Shown: positions 11,274 to 24,041 of the stretch, in pieces
How the letters are laid out: each line of letters opens with the position of its first letter
How positions within the stretch are numbered: position 1 is the stretch's first letter
Made by a program: the position numbers and the translations under genes
The notes under the pieces: generated by a model
Databases searched by the model: none
Seen by the model: the letters and a program-made list of their open reading frames with translations, nothing else
Told to the model about the DNA's origin: nothing
DNA from: Dimorphilus gyrociliatus
Lineage: Eukaryota; Animalia; Annelida
Length of the DNA: 64,000 nucleotides
Assembly: GCA_904063045.1 (NCBI GenBank)
Contig: CAJFCJ010000019.1
Span: 2,433,700 to 2,497,699 of the forward strand
Direction of reading: 5' to 3'

Positions 11274-13434
11274 TTAAACTTCTTTGGTAGTTAATGTACT
11301 TTTTAAGTTTTCCATTTGTAATTTAGCATCCCAGATGCAATCCAAAACGCTAACACCCCTATAAAAGAAAAATGAATAAAGTGTAATTGAAGTAATAGCA
11401 ACATTATTTAACACGAGGATTAAACCTGAATGAAGAACCAATGAAAGATACTGGTAAGTTAGACGAGAGCTCTTCAACTTTATTAACAATATCACAATGC
11501 CCAACTTTATATTGTGGAAGACAATCTTTATGTACGTTTGTCTCGATTCTCATAGGCTCGTCCTTAATGCCTAGTTGTTGCCGGACGGATTTAATTGATT
11601 CCTCCTCTATTCTGGAATTCCCCTGTGTATGATCTTTACCGAAAACTTTATCGAACCAAGCTCCCCCGGACATAACAGTTAATCTTGTTGTTGGGCGTTC
11701 TTTATTATCGTGCTCAGGAAAGACGCAAGATTCATATACAACGCCTAAATTCTTCGCCGAACTTTCCCAAGACGGTACAAGATGGCCGAATCCTCGATAC
11801 TATTTATAGAATAAATTAAAATGTTATAGAAAATAAATAACCATTGTGCTTTTAAAAATTATTATAGCTATGCAAATGAAACTGATATAAGAGGATTGAG
11901 AGTATAATTATTTGAGAATGGCCTCTTTGACTAGTTTTGTTTACACGTAAAATTCTATACGGACCTGAGAAGGAAATACATCGCCTTTATATTCAATTGT
12001 ACTAACTCCAACTGTTACAGCGTCAATTTTGTCTAATTCATTTCTTAACTCTTCTTGTTCCTTTTGCAAAACTTTTGAGATATCTGCAATCAGAAGATTG
12101 TTATAAATAACTAGACAACATGCAACTTTATTTCACCTGAACTAAAAGTTGAAAATACAATATGATCGGCGCTAATTTGACCTTTATCCCAGAAAACGTT
12201 TACTTTTCCATCAGTAAAGTCGACACGTTTACAAGCATTGCCAGAGAATATATGTACACCTTCATCTTGTAATTTTTTTTGTAGGCCTTCAATTAGAGTT
12301 TGCAATCCATTTTCCATATTCCAAGTAGCCCATTTTTCTTCTATTGATCGATTAACGAGCGATGATTCAGAATCGTATGGTTTCTCTGAAATAAATTATT
12401 ATCTTTAGAATTTGTAGGAATATGAAAAATAAGTATAGTGTTTAATACTTCGTCCTAAAATTGATCCAAGTAAAATAGAACCGTGCTGCATTTGGTATTT
12501 GAACATATCCGGAAAGCAAGCTTTTGCACTAAGTGACTTACTATCTCCTCCAAATACTCCTCTGCAAAACGGATCTATAGCATTGTCCGCTAACTGCATA
12601 AATGCATAAATGATAGATAAAGATTACTCTTATTATTTGTTTTAGCTTACGTCTGTACTAAATCTTTTCGAAATAAATTCATGAATAGAGCAATCATTTT
12701 TTAAACGATTAAATTTGAAAGGTTCTCTCCAAATGGAAGATAGTAAAGATTTCTTGAACGGAGGGGTTTGTCTGATAATCTGCATCATATCTGTTATCGT
12801 TTATAATTTGGGGAATAAAGAGGCACGGTAGGATAAATTGTTGCTTACTGTTTGGTAGACAATACATTTGATTATTTATGAATAAATATCGATTTGTAGT
12901 TGCAACGTGATTTCTTGGAACAGAGATTATTTTATCCGATAAACCAATATCTTCAACCTTCAGATATATAAACTATTTGAGTAGGTTTATTAAACGAAAG
13001 CAATTCCGAACCATTTCTAGAATGTTTTTCCCAGGACCATCCCTTCTACCTCGTATACTTCTGGGACCTTTTTCGTAAACGGCTCCGTCCTCTTTCCGAA
13101 CGCTCTGTACCCATCCTCCCAAATTGCTCGACCTCTCGAGTATTATTACCTGAAAGCTCCCAAATGTAATTTTCGGATTTTACAAACAGTTAGCTAATTC
13201 CATAAAGAATATATAGATGCTCATAGAGTATCTTATCAATATTTATGCCAACTTTATAATTAAGTTGAAAAATAGCTCAGTCTGACTTTTGAGCGATATT
13301 ATAACTAAACAAGAAAAAGAAGAATAAAAGTCATATAATCGAACCTTTTTTACAATGTCTTTTGGGATTTTAGACAAATAGTATGCGGCAGAAAGACCAC
13401 TAATACCCCCACCTACAATAACAACTGAAGACAT
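11274..13434 (-). CDS. PPOX: Protoporphyrinogen oxidase, multi-exon
   Basis: N-terminal FAD motif VVIVGGGISGLSAAYYL; DPFCRGVFGGD, WNMENGLQTL and CLPQYKVGH; terminal GVSVLDCI. Confidence 0.93.
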
Positions 13435-13487
13435 TTTACAACGATATCTTTAGGATAAAAATCATTAATTGTGAAAATCGGGGACTA

Positions 13488-13497
13488 GGTCACGTGA
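13488..13497. promoter_or_regulatory. E-box (GGTCACGTGA, USF/MiT-type) just upstream of the PPOX ATG
   Basis: Exact GTCACGTGA about 55 nt upstream of the PPOX start, in the PPOX/NDUFB3 divergent region. Function is inferred only. Confidence 0.35.
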
Positions 13498-14229
13498 ATA
13501 TAGAACTTTTCAAAATTAGATAGTAAATTGTTAAGAAAAAACTCTTTAATAAGCGTTCTTAATTGTTGTTTTTTTACTCTATTTTGACAAGGTTAACTTA
13601 ATTATTTAACCATCACCTAACTTTAAAAAAATCTGCATATTTTGCATATATTTAAAGTCTTTCATTTCAAAATATATTATGCCCCTATTTAACATTGATT
13701 TTTAAAATAAATCATTCGAGAATTAGTTTTCTAATGATTAAATTTCAATAATTAAGCATAAATATTGATATGTTTTCCAACAATACCGTTTACTTTTGAG
13801 CTTCTATTCGTTTTAGATATTTAAAAATACAAAAACGTTATGCAATGTATAAATTTATTATTATTATTATATTGAGTATGAATTATTGTGACATTATTTC
13901 TATAATCGTTGAAAGACATATTAGGCAAAAAGACTAACAAAAAACGTATTTTACAAAATGATTGATTTTCTGTTTCTTTTTTCTTTTTTACTTCATCCTT
14001 TTTACGATAAAGCAATAATTCTACTTTAACTCTATCAAACTTTGAAATGTTGAGAATGTTTAATTAAAATTTTTAAATTGATCTTTTGTAAATTAAACTA
14101 ATTCTCTTGTATTTATAAATTTTTATAAGAGATTCCAAGATAAATTTTAAATTAACAAAAAAAATCAGCAATTATTTTCCGAAATATTTATTAGGTTGAA
14201 TCGTATAGTAGTAGAAGAACAGAGGTCAG

Positions 14230-14651
14230 ATGGGAGCCGAAAAAACCTTTAAAGTTCCTGACTGGAAGAGTTATAAAATAGATGGAATTAAGGAGTTAGA
14301 ATGGACTAGAGATAATTTAGCAAGAAAAGGCTTGAAAGATCCATGGCTAAGGTAAGGATGAAGGCGAATAGGTTTTAGTGAGCGAAAATATGGTTTTAAT
14401 GCCATATTTATATCGTTGCTACTAATGTGAACTATCATAATCGTCTGTTATATTTCGATAGAAATGAGGTATGGAGATTTCAAAATCATCCCGGACCCAT
14501 GAAAAACGTGCTTATTACGTTCTCGAGAGGATTCAAGTATGCCGTTGGTTTAATGGCAATTACTATAGCCGTTGACAAAGCCTTTGGTATTACCGAAAAG
14601 CGAAGTCACATTAATTATAAGCATCCTGACGCGGACTACCATCATCACTAA
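14230..14651 (+). CDS. NDUFB3: NADH dehydrogenase 1 beta subcomplex subunit 3, 2 exons
   Basis: FKVPDWKSYK..LARKGLKDPWLR, then an intron, then NEVWRF..GFKYAVGLMAITIAVDK and a His-rich tail. Confidence 0.93.
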
Positions 14652-15146
14652 ACAAAAAGAATAGAAGCTATGTGTGTGAAAGACAGTAGAATTGCCAACT
14701 TAATAATAAAAAGTTATACAAAAACAAAGCGCAAAAAGGCGATATCAAAGTGCGGCGAACAGTAAACTAAAATTAATCAAATTTTTATTCGTGCGTCGTT
14801 TTGTGAAAAGTTGTATTTTATAACTATTGCATATAAAATAAAATACTATAATGGCGATCGTATAAAATGAACAACAAAAGAAAATAAATAAACAATAAGA
14901 AAGAGTAAACTTTTTTAGTGTTTATAGAAAAGATGAAAGATTCTAGAAAGACCAGTTTAGATGGATATCTTACTATCAATTGATTTTCTATAAAATGACA
15001 ATTAGTTTATTGTTGGAAGAGAGTTTTTTCCACTTTCTAAATTGGTCAAATACGAAACCGACATTTGTTCGCTTAAAGTTATTCAGTGTCCTGAATTTGA
15101 TATTGATTCGATTGTTTAGTTGTCAGAAAATTAAAGAAACTATTCG

Positions 15147-17410
15147 ATGAATTCTGCCGCAATTCCAACCCCTGTTGAAGATATACATGGAGATGGAAGG
15201 TGGATGAGTATGGTAAGATAATCAAAAGTTTCTTAAACATTAACTTATGACACTAAATTGTCATAATTAATCGCTTCTTATATTATCGCCACTGCTACAT
15301 CCGTGTTTCTTACAGCATCAACGATTCGTCGGACAAGTTAAAGAAAAGGAGCCAGAAATTCTTTTTATTGGTGATTCTTTGATTTCGCAGATGGCTTTAA
15401 CTGATGTAATATTTCTTAAGTCTTATCGTTGCGTACTCATGAAATTATAGCTTCCAACATATACCCGCAAGACAGTTGCTGTATATAATTGATTAATTTT
15501 TTAGATTAAATCAGTCATTCAACTTTTAAGTGCAAAAAGCAATTACCTTTTAGCGAGAATCTGAATTATTTTACAGTTATGGCAAAAGATGTTCGTACCA
15601 TTACACTGTTTGAATTTCGGAATCGACGAAGACAGAACAGAGAATGTTTTATGGAGAATCTCAAATGGTGAATTGGAATGTATAAGTCCAAAGGTTATTC
15701 TCTATAATAAGCTATTCGCCCATAACTATTTTAAATTTCCATTCTGTTTCTAAAATAGGTCATAATATTATTAGTGGGAACAAACAATTATGACAACTCA
15801 GCCGAAGAAATATCAGAAGCAATTTTAGCTATAGTAGATGTCGTTCAAGGAAAGCAACCTCAGTCGCAGCTAATTGTTATGGTGAATTATTTAAATATTA
15901 ACTCGTACATCATCTAGTCAAATTCTATAATATAGAATCCTTTGGGAGGAATAGATAGAATTGTATTGAGTGAACGAATTTTATGATTTTCTAGTTTGTT
16001 TCTCTATAAGTTCTTAACTATTGTAAATAAGTAATGTAATTGGATAAGAGAGGGACGTAGAAAACCGTACACTTTCAAATTTCTATTGATTATAAAGTTA
16101 AACAGTTAATCACACTTTTTATTAATGATAGTGTCATGGGCAAAATTCCATTAAAGTATCATTATTTATGATATTTTGTGTTATTTATTATAGTTTTTCC
16201 CCTCTCAACCCTTAGGGAATTCCACCAAGAGGAGAAAATCCGAATCGTGTAAGGGATAAAATTGAAAAATTAAACTCTTTACTCAAGGTAGAATATCAAA
16301 TTGATATTGAATTTTTATAAGTTTAACCATACAGTATTTAATTATTTTCAATTAATTTAGCTAAAGTTGGAAAAATTGGATCAAGTAACATTCTTGCAAG
16401 TCGATACTTCAATGTTTGTCAACTCAAGTGATGGAACTATTGACCCTTCCGACATGTACGACTATTTACACTTTACTACCAAAGTAAGTTGAGAAAAAAT
16501 AAAAAAGACCTTACATAAATAGATATTTCATTTCTTTTGGTTGACGGGGGCAACAAAGCAAGCTAAGGCTTAATGGTGCTCTTTTATAGTCTGTGTAATC
16601 TTTGAGCGCATTGCACACAACCTTTCAGAAATTTTCTGAAAGTATTTCTCACAATTACACTAATTGTAAATATTTGTTGATAAACTTATCTTTATAGAAT
16701 TTATTTTAAAATTTATCAACAATTTTTTACCCTAGCTATAAGTAAATGGTAATCTAGTTTTGTCTATAAATCCAAATATAGGCAAAAAAAAATCAAACGG
16801 GACTTTTCATTATTCCGGATTAACGGTAAACAACAGATGGTTCAATGCGTAAAATGTGTTGAAGTCAAATAGAGGTCGCTGGCTCGCTCTAGCTTAAACT
16901 ATATTTGGACAGAAGTATACTACTTGGAATAATTAAAGAGTTGATAATTTTTTAACATAAAAGCTATTGAGCTATATTTATTCATTCAAACATACATCAA
17001 TCGCTTAGAAATATAAAAATAATATTATTGAATTCAGGAAAGGCGTTTTACCTCCTGTTCGAAAAAAAAAATCGAATTGTTCCGAGTTCGAAAAAGCGAA
17101 AGTTTTGAATTTTATATACAAATAATAAAAAGCCCTGTTTATTATACAATATAGACCTATAAAAAAAATACTGGATATATCAATAGTGCAAATAAGGTTG
17201 CACCACCTTTGGATGTGATGTCGCAAGAGTCACTGAATTTGCATTTTCCTTTTAGTTTTAGTTTTTTCGATAAATAATAATAAATAAATTTTTTTTTCTT
17301 TCCATAACTAGGGATATCAGAAATTAACAGAGCCGTTATTGGACGAAATAAATAACTTACTGATGTCATTTGAAAGAACAGATAGTATGGATGCTCCAGA
17401 TGACCTATAA
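15147..17410 (+). CDS. Platelet-activating factor acetylhydrolase IB alpha subunit (PAFAH1B2/B3-like, SGNH hydrolase), 7 exons
   Basis: MNSAAIPTPVEDIHGDGRWMSMH, FIGDS, LNFGI, VGTNN, GIPPRG and MYDYLH; last exon 17312-17410 is GYQKLTEPLLDEI. None of these exons appear in the ORF track because they are short. Confidence 0.92.
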
Positions 17411-18448
17411 TAAGACTAAGGAAAATAAAAGGCTTTTCTTCCGGCTTAATCGTTCAAGCTTTAAGCTTCTACAGGAGTGAATCTGTTCTATATAAATGTG
17501 TATATCTAAATCATCATTGTGTTCTAAAAATGCTGAAGTATATGTGTGTAAGTCATATAGTGCAGGAATTAAATAACTTGAAGAAAATAGCTTCTTCTGT
17601 GTTGATATAAAAAAAGAAACATACAAGTGCATTAATGAAAAAAATTATACATAAAAAAGAATATCATTTGAAATTTTACTAATATTGTTGCATACTATTT
17701 TATATATTCCTTCTCTCTTTCTCTTATTTTCTTAACATTTGAATCATGAGGCTGCATCTAAGGTATCGTCGTACACATAAAGGCCTCCCTCTTCTTTTTA
17801 TAGGTTATTCTTTCTTACAATAATAATTAGCCATTTTTTTTTTAGAATGGTATAATTTGAGATTTTAGAAAAAATTTTGCTTAAAACAAAAGATATACTG
17901 CCAAATGCTTTAATATTCTATACATTTATGCCAATAAAATGTATATATATATATATATATACATAGATAAATATATTAAGTAACTGTCATAAGTAAGTAT
18001 AAATTATGGTTTTATCCAAGAAAATATGAGTTTGAAAGTGAAATTTCTTCTACGTCTCAGTTTTTATTCTCAAGATTTTTCTGCTGTCAAAAGGTTAATG
18101 TTTCTAGGAAAAGAATTGGAGTTATTCATATCGTAAAATGACATAAATGATTGATATTCGATGATTAGAAGCAAATAAAAAATCCGAAATTTATGGATAA
18201 AATATACTTGTAATCTCTTTAGGACTTAAAAGAAAACCATTTTTTGTATACTCATATTAGTCTTGAATAGAACAGTAATTTATACTTATATATATATATA
18301 CATATATATTAATATATAGCAAATAAACTTTTTGCTTTTTCCTTCTTTTACTAAGTTAATTTACGTGCATTTAATAGAAGTTTGGGTGAATATTTTCAGT
18401 AATTTTCTCATTTATGCCTTGTAGAAGGATCTATTATCACAATAAGCT

Positions 18449-21400
18449 TCATACTTGAGAAAACTCGTTGCTGCAAACTGATTGATTACTATGGTGGGAA
18501 GAAGAATCCTTTTCTGTCGATTTCTTTCGGGGAGCAGCTATTTGTATGGTCTGAGGAAAAAGATTGCGGCGACGTTCTTCTTCTTTCTCTCTTTGACTAA
18601 TTACTACTGAGAGATTCCTGATTTCCTCCTGCATAGATCCCATAATTGTTACAACGCTAACAAGCGTCTTTTGATTTTCGCTCATTACTAGACGAATATG
18701 CTCAATGTTATCCTTGAGACGTTCGTCTTCCCTAACCGCGCTCTGAACGTGTTGCATTCGGACATCGAGTATTTTTAAACTACGTTGAATAGCATCCAAC
18801 TGAGGGATGGACAGCAGTTGAACTTGAGGCGGTCCACCGTGTGGGACAGAGGGTCGTCTGCAACGCCTTTGTACAGGATGAATGGACGGCCTACGTCTTA
18901 GGCGATTAGAGCCGGCCGGTGGAGTATCAGGAGGTTCTCCGTCACCTGTATAAGATGCTACTTCGTTCGGCTCATCGCTATCAGCATACATCGGCTCTTG
19001 TCTGTAATCCGTATTAAACAAATCATCCGATCGATAGTTAATGCTCTCTTTGCCTTGTGACTGCATTAGACCAGATCTCTCTTCCTCTTTCTGTCTTTCC
19101 AGTTTAAATAAATATCTTCTAACCAATCTTTGCATAATTTCGCTATAAGCAGTTTCAGGAGTATCCAAATTTAATGACTCGCAGACATTTTCTCGGCGCT
19201 TTTTGATAAACGTCTGTCTTTTGGCTTCTTCCATTTCTAACAGGGCATCTTGATCGCCTCGTAAAGTTTCTTTGAGCCATTGAAAGCCATATTTCATTGA
19301 CTTTGGAGTAGGAATCATATTAAACGGCACGGGCAATGTGCATCCCTCATCAATATAATTCATCCATAGCCTAGTCCTAGCAAATTTCCATTCTACGTCA
19401 CAATCAGTTTGAATGTCTTCAAAAGAGTGTGACATCATAGCAATTAACATATTTATCAGCACAATAATGATGACAACATGATAGGATGCAAATAGAAATG
19501 TTCCAACAGCTTCAACAACAGACGTCGCATGTACATTCCTACTTGGAAAGACTTCTGTAAGACGATCATTTGATGATACGCCATCTATTGGTTAAATTCT
19601 TTTATAAGAAAATTATTTAAACAAGACAGGAAACGATTAAATCATTAGTATTCCATGAGCGTTTAGAATACTTACTCTTATCCTTGTATTGAACTTTGAC
19701 GCTATTCACATTAATTAAGCCGAACATGGCCCAGAATAAACTATACAAGGTGTGCGGAAGTCTGTGGAAAATTTGTAAGTAATAATAAAGAAATAATAAG
19801 AGGTATAATGGTAAACAGGCGAACCCCTGGAATGCTTCGGAAGCGTGTTTCGTGCTCTTTACTCCATCCTGTTCGATATCGTAGGTCTGCGAACCGTAGT
19901 ACCAATATAAATTATGCAGACCAACCATAAAGGCAAACAAGACCTGTGAACAAAAAAGAGAGATTATATAGGAAATGACAATCGATAAGTTTTCTATTAA
20001 AGGTTCTGTGTCGGATGTTTGACGTTATTACGCCTAAACAATCAGCCGTTATATTTACCAGCGTAAACAACACCATGAATCTGGTGATATCGCCGATAAC
20101 TCTGCCCAAAGAGATCTGTAATGGTCCAAGAACTTCAAACGCCGGCATCAAATAGGTAGTTCGAGCAATCGATAAGACGTTAGCTATGGCAAAGAGGACA
20201 TCGGAAACGATTTCCGGATCGTCTTGTTTCCATTCGAATCTCGCTATTGAGATAAAAAAAATTGTGATATTTTAGTTTGATGATATAAAAGATAATAAAA
20301 GGAAGAAATAACTTCATACAAGCTTTAAGAAAGTAGGCATCCTTAGTTTCATTTAATATTATATCGAAATGGGTGAAATTCCTATCAATTAGAGCTTTTC
20401 TGGCCCTCAGCATACAATGATATCTTTCATCAGTTTTCTTGATCCAATGATCAACAAGAAAACGGAGAACGTACGAAGCTAGATAGAGCGACAGCACCAT
20501 AAAATCGACGAAATTGTAATTGTCCAAAACATAAACTCGAACGCCTGAATTGTATATCTGCTTACATTCCATCCACAATAAACCGGCTACCCAGAACATA
20601 AGACATATTTGTACGTTTGTTATAAGAGTGTTAGCCGGACGAAGTCGAGCTTTAAGTAAACCATCGGCTAAATCCTCATACGATGCCGAATCTACACTTG
20701 CCGATTTCTTTTGTAATTCGTCCGTATTCTTTACTGAAAAAGATTTTTCATCTAGGCGGAAGGTAGCCGCAGCTAATAGGATTAGGAAGCAGATGTGCGA
20801 AAGTGTAAAGGTGATAAACTTGGCGGTGGGAGAACGCAAAATGTTGCCTAACTTTGTATCAGGAGTTACTATGTAAATAAAGCAAAAAAATGGTAGCAGA
20901 GGCATAGTAGCCAGATAAAGTAACAGTTTCTTCCACCATACTAGGGATTGCAGAAAACCTAATTCGGAACCATACCAAATAGATGTGAGATGCTGTTGAC
21001 AGTTGGGATGTGCGACGAATTTTTTCTCCTCGTATTCCATGGCCATTCGAAGTCTTGCTAAAGGATCTCTAGTTTGGAAGATACCTCCATCCTCACTCTC
21101 CGAACCTTCACTTAACATTGCTTCAACTTCTTGTGTTCCTCTACACAAGTCCATCATTTCACAAGCAAAGTTCATACACTGCTCTACTAAGCTCAAATAC
21201 TGATTCTTAAATTCTTTTTCAACTTGTGCCAACTTTTTCATCTCTTGCCTTAAATAAAAAGTAGTCATAATCGGGTCGGGACTAGATAATGCCATGTAGG
21301 CGGGACTTGCCAAAGCACGGTAAGCATTCAACCTCGACCTCGACCTCTTCAGCGAATCATAGTTCTGTTTGGTTACGCAATCGTTGCACGTACAGGAGAT

Positions 21401-22579
21401 GGGGTGGGGCTTTTCGATAGTGTGATTTCGGGAGAGGAACATTTGAATAATCTCATGGTTATTGTAGTGCGCAGCAAGGATTAGTGGCGTTATATCCGGT
21501 GAGAATTGTGACTTCTCTTCCATTCGGAAAAATGGGTCTTTAACTCCAACTTTCTTTACCTGTTCTTCTCCTGCCATATAATTTGGATGCTCAACAACTG
21601 CCCTAACGATCTTTGTGGCCCCTTTACTGATCGCATGTAATAAAGCCTCCTCTATTCCGGCGAATGATAGCTTATCGAGGATCAACTCAATCGATTCTAT
21701 ACATTCTGAATCGACAGCTAAGTGCAGTGCGTTCCTACCCATGTAGTCGACGCAATCCACATTTAAACGCGCCTCTTCATCTTCGAAAGACTGACGAATG
21801 ACGCCGACGTCTCCGAGTGCAGCAGCCGACAAATAGACTCTCTCTTCGTCCGTTAACTTTATGTTCGGCAGCAAATGGGCAACGGGTCAGGGGGTAAAGG
21901 GGGGAAAAGGAAATGTTAGCATGTACTTTCTCAATTAGACGACGGAAACGCCAGTACTGATCGATTCATTTCGACCGGAAATAACGGACGGCGTTGCCGG
22001 TTTGTTTATAGAAAAATAATTCAAACAACGCGTGATCGTTACTAATTACTCTACGATATAAAGATTAAATACCTGAACGTCCTCGAAGTTTGTGAATAAT
22101 GAACCTCTCGACGACGGCGTCTTTCGTAGATCTTGTAAATTCATTTGCGGTCTATAAAAGAAACGATTAAGTTAATTTTACATTTTTCTATAATATACAA
22201 AAAAAGTGACACATAAAAAAGTGTTACATTAAAATTGCTACAGTAAATTCATATATACATGATACAAATGAATATAAAAGCGAGCAAGCTTTGTCACAGT
22301 GAGACTTTTTACTTTCTGGAAATTATGAACGCTATGCATAAAAGTATAACGCCAAATGGAAAAGGGATAGACTACTATAAACCGCCGAATGGAAGACATA
22401 AACCTCAAATAATTAGTGTCGTAATTGAAGGAGGGAGGTTGAATGAAGGGGTTAATTTTCGAAGGAATTTCTTCCTTAGACGAGTTTGAAACTTTATTCC
22501 GTGCAACAGTTGTAGACCTCCTGTGAACATTTCCGTCAGGCAGGACAATCCTAGGTACCTTTAAACGACTTTCATCCAT
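18449..22579 (-). CDS. TRPC-family transient receptor potential channel (alternative first exons extend to 25475)
   Basis: Ankyrin repeats, the TRP_2 zinc motif (HPISCTCNDC), DSLKRSRSRLNAYRALASP, FVAHPNCQQ, LGPLQISLGR, pore LFWAMFGL, TRP box EWKFAR and a class I PDZ-type end SQV*. N-terminal exons are 22579-22404 and 22151-22073, then the main exon from 21856. Confidence 0.93.
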
Positions 22580-23968
22580 CGTTCTCTCTTTACCGTAAAA
22601 ATGCGCGGCCGCTTTTATTTTTTTTGCAGTCGCGACACCTGTATGACAAACTATGATTGCGCCCTCTAGCCACTCTTCAATTGCGCAAAATTAGCGTCGC
22701 GATTCATATAGGCCTAGGCGTCGACGGTCGGCATTTAGGGCGTCAGTTGGCGCACGATTGATGGCATTCATTTTCCCTTCGTCTCCCTTTTGCTTCGTTT
22801 TTTGCTCAAAAGAGTAATATTAAAAAAATATCCCCGTCTAAGATTGCCTATCTTCTTACAACAAACACAAATCTTCCATCGGAAGATAGACAATCTGTTT
22901 CGCTTATAAATTTCACATGAACACTTAAGGAAGATTATTATCAGACTTATTCATACAGTACAGATATTCTCATCTGCAAAAACTATAGCTGTACTATAAA
23001 AATACATAGACGTTCATAGTTCCATTAATACATATATATATATATATATACAGTATATACTGTACGTATATGTTTATATATATATATTTGTCATAAATAT
23101 ATATATATGGAGCGCAATCGTATGAGATAAATTTGTGCTGTTCGAAATCGGACACTCCTTAAACAAGACCAGTAGACCAACCGTTTGCGTTTCCCGCGTC
23201 TAATTTTTGCCTGATAGGCCTATACACGTACAGTTCCGTATAGACAGATTTCCGTCCCGACGGAATGCTGACTCGACAGTCAATTTGTCGCCTAACTTAC
23301 ATATCACTAGTGACCATGTTATTGTAATAGACGGTCGGTAGGGCGAATTGCGGAAGAAAAGCTCGACGGCTTTCTTCTTCGTCCTCTTCTGGTCCAATTG
23401 GGACATGATTAATCCGTACTCGCTTTTCCGCTTTCGAAGTCTTCTTCATTTTCACTTGTCTTTAAACTTTCTTCTTTTATAAGTAATTTCACTTCTCTTC
23501 CTTAAGAATTTAAAAGATTAAGAAAGTTGCACGAAACGTTACTCGTCCTTCTCGTCCATCTCATCTACTGAGCTCCGGAACGTCTGGTGGCCGTTCTATT
23601 CCGCTCATACAAACATTACATTTGCTTTGCAAACCACAAACCACGTTATTGATGAGCGAATAAGAATTCATACCTGCAACGCATCACCGACCCTGACGCA
23701 ATGTTCAAACCAACGGATAAAAGGCCAACTATCGCATTCTCTTTACCGATAGTCGTTTCCGGCATTTTATAATCCATTAATTAATTTCCTAAAACGGCGC
23801 TAAATTGCTTTACGCATATCTGTGAGACGATGGAGACGACAAGCATTCTGCGGAGTTTTGCCTCACTGTCTTTCTCCCTCTCTCCTCTCTTACTATGTTT
23901 TTCTTTTTCTCTTTCTTTTCTCTTAGGACCGTTGAGACGGTGGCATAACATTTATCCGTTTTTAATTC

Positions 23969-23982
23969 ATATATATATATAC

Positions 23983-24040
<58 letters not shown>
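23969..24040. repeat. (TA)n microsatellite
   Basis: About 70 nt of nearly pure TA dinucleotide. Shorter TA runs occur near 17941, 18290, 23035-23110 and 29040. Confidence 0.95.

Positions 24041-24041
<1 letters not shown>

Noticed and set aside
20550-20876. Antisense ORFs within TRPC, the RRM gene, NVL, EXOC4 and RNF26 (also 29483-30595, 51697-51972, 54791-55045, 57279-57527)
   Set aside because: They are complementary-strand shadows of well-supported genes, with no independent motifs or splice support.
21857-21900. ORF-track start MLPNIK (TTG at 21874) and an apparent frameshift upstream of the TRPC ORF
   Set aside because: An in-frame TGA and a polypyrimidine tract lie upstream. An AG acceptor at 21858-21857 joins cleanly in phase 0 to the exon ending at 22073, so this is intron and not a frameshift or readthrough.
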